40,741 bases of DNA from contig QHBR01000084.1 in assembly GCA_003244015.1 (NCBI GenBank), positions 1-40,741 of the forward strand. Direction: 5' to 3'. Below, one piece after another: positions 39,793-40,741 of this stretch (positions within the stretch are counted from its first letter, which is position 1; each line of letters opens with the position of its first letter). Both the position numbers and the translations under genes were made by a program. The DNA is from Hyphomicrobiales bacterium (GTDB lineage Bacteria > Pseudomonadota > Alphaproteobacteria > Rhizobiales > Beijerinckiaceae). The notes beneath the pieces were generated by a model. The model was not told the DNA's origin. It saw nothing but the letters and a program-made list of their open reading frames with translations, and searched no databases.

Positions 39793-40301
39793 ATGACGGC
39801 TCCAAGATCGTCCACAGCTTTGCAGATCAGCCGCCGGGGAGCACTTTCGGCGGTATGGGGAGCATGTATCGCGGCCTTAGGGCCGCGCTCTGTGATGGCC
39901 CAGGAGGCCACGCAGATCCGCATACAGTTGGACCAGCAGGCTCTCAACGCAGTGCCAGGCGACGAACGCGCGGGCTTGGAGGTGACGGAGGATACATCTC
40001 CCGCGGCCCAAGCCCTGAAGGCACGCAGTCCGCCGGGTAAAGCGATCCCAATCATCTATCTTATAGTTGGCCTTCTATCGCTTCCCTCGATCTGGGCGGC
40101 GGTACAGGAGATGCTCCGGCGCCGCGAGTATGGCGCGGTGATCATTGACACGCGCACGAGCCCCGCGAACATTCATCACGACCAATCTCTACCAGCTGAT
40201 TTGGTCTGGTGATTCGAGCGGACGGCTCAACCGAAACTGTCCGCTCGACGCTGGCTACCGAAAATTTTCTTAAAAATGTACTGAGTCACCCTGGAGGCTG
40301 A
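39793..40301 (+). pseudogene. Small membrane protein with a Tat-like leader, frameshifted near 40206
   Basis: ISRRGAL leader and TM segment IPIIYLIVGLLSLPSIW. The frame stops at 40212, but LVIRADGSTETVRS...HPGG* continues in a shifted frame to 40301. Confidence 0.5.
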
Positions 40302-40328
40302 TCCCCGGGCGGGATCAGGTCTTTTGCA

Positions 40329-40741
40329 ATGCGGCAATTTTGTTGGTGCCTATTATGGCTGCTGGTGGCTTTCGCCTGCCGCCGCCCAAGTCCCCGAGGA
40401 CATCCAGCAGCTTGTGTCTCACCGCGGGCATGCACTGCTGATTGGCGTTTCCACCTACACGAATGGCTGGAATCCACTGCCGAATGTCCAGAAGGATCTC
40501 GACGATCTTGAGAAAGGGCTGAAACCCCATTTTCAGAAAATAGAGAAAGTACTCAACCCAACTGTTGACGAGCTCCGAACGCGGATCCGCGACTTCCTTT
40601 TGGTCCAATGGAATAAACCTGACGAGCGGCTGTTCATCTATTATTCTGGTCACGGCTTTACAGAGCTACATCAATTCTCGCGCCGTGATGAGTTCTACAT
40701 CACGGGAAGCGACACTCCTGGGCGTCTCGAAAAATACCCCT
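40329..40741 (+). pseudogene. Caspase-family (peptidase C14) gene, runs off the window, probable frameshift in the signal peptide
   Basis: HALLIGVSTY..GW..LPNV..D...RLFIYYSGHG (catalytic His-Gly). The ATG at 40329 (MRQFCWCLLWLLVA) is out of frame with SPAAAQ...; an in-frame TTG nearby is an alternative start. Confidence 0.75.

Overview
GC-rich alphaproteobacterial chromosome segment, most likely from a Beijerinckiaceae methanotroph of the Methylocapsa/upland-soil-cluster-alpha type, judged from a pmoA remnant. Intact housekeeping blocks (rlpA-dacA-tmk-holB-metG-tatD-MBL hydrolase-csp; dat-hfq-hflX; dcd/metZ; trxA; queE-queD; aldB-DUF779; DUF1285/moxR-DUF58-DUF4159) alternate with heavily decayed accessory DNA. 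The decayed DNA includes an integrase/AlpA element remnant, an internally deleted pmoA, and broken mazG, COG4705, CBS, cydB, phospholipase C and caspase genes. The most notable observations are: (1) an orphan pmoA pseudogene beside an integrase remnant; (2) two 7-bladed YVTN beta-propeller genes built from 126-bp repeats with a fixed scaffold and mosaic, variable loops, one lacking a leader and resembling a silent cassette; (3) a 187-bp direct repeat of the DUF4159 gene 3' end, differing only at synonymous sites, that flanks a methyltransferase; (4) an unassigned structured RNA plus terminator upstream of queE-queD; (5) a ~160-nt folded element at the left edge; and (6) a small membrane protein plus caspase pair at the right edge. 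No tRNA, rRNA or CRISPR array was recognised. All assignments are by eye from motifs and synteny; no database search was run.
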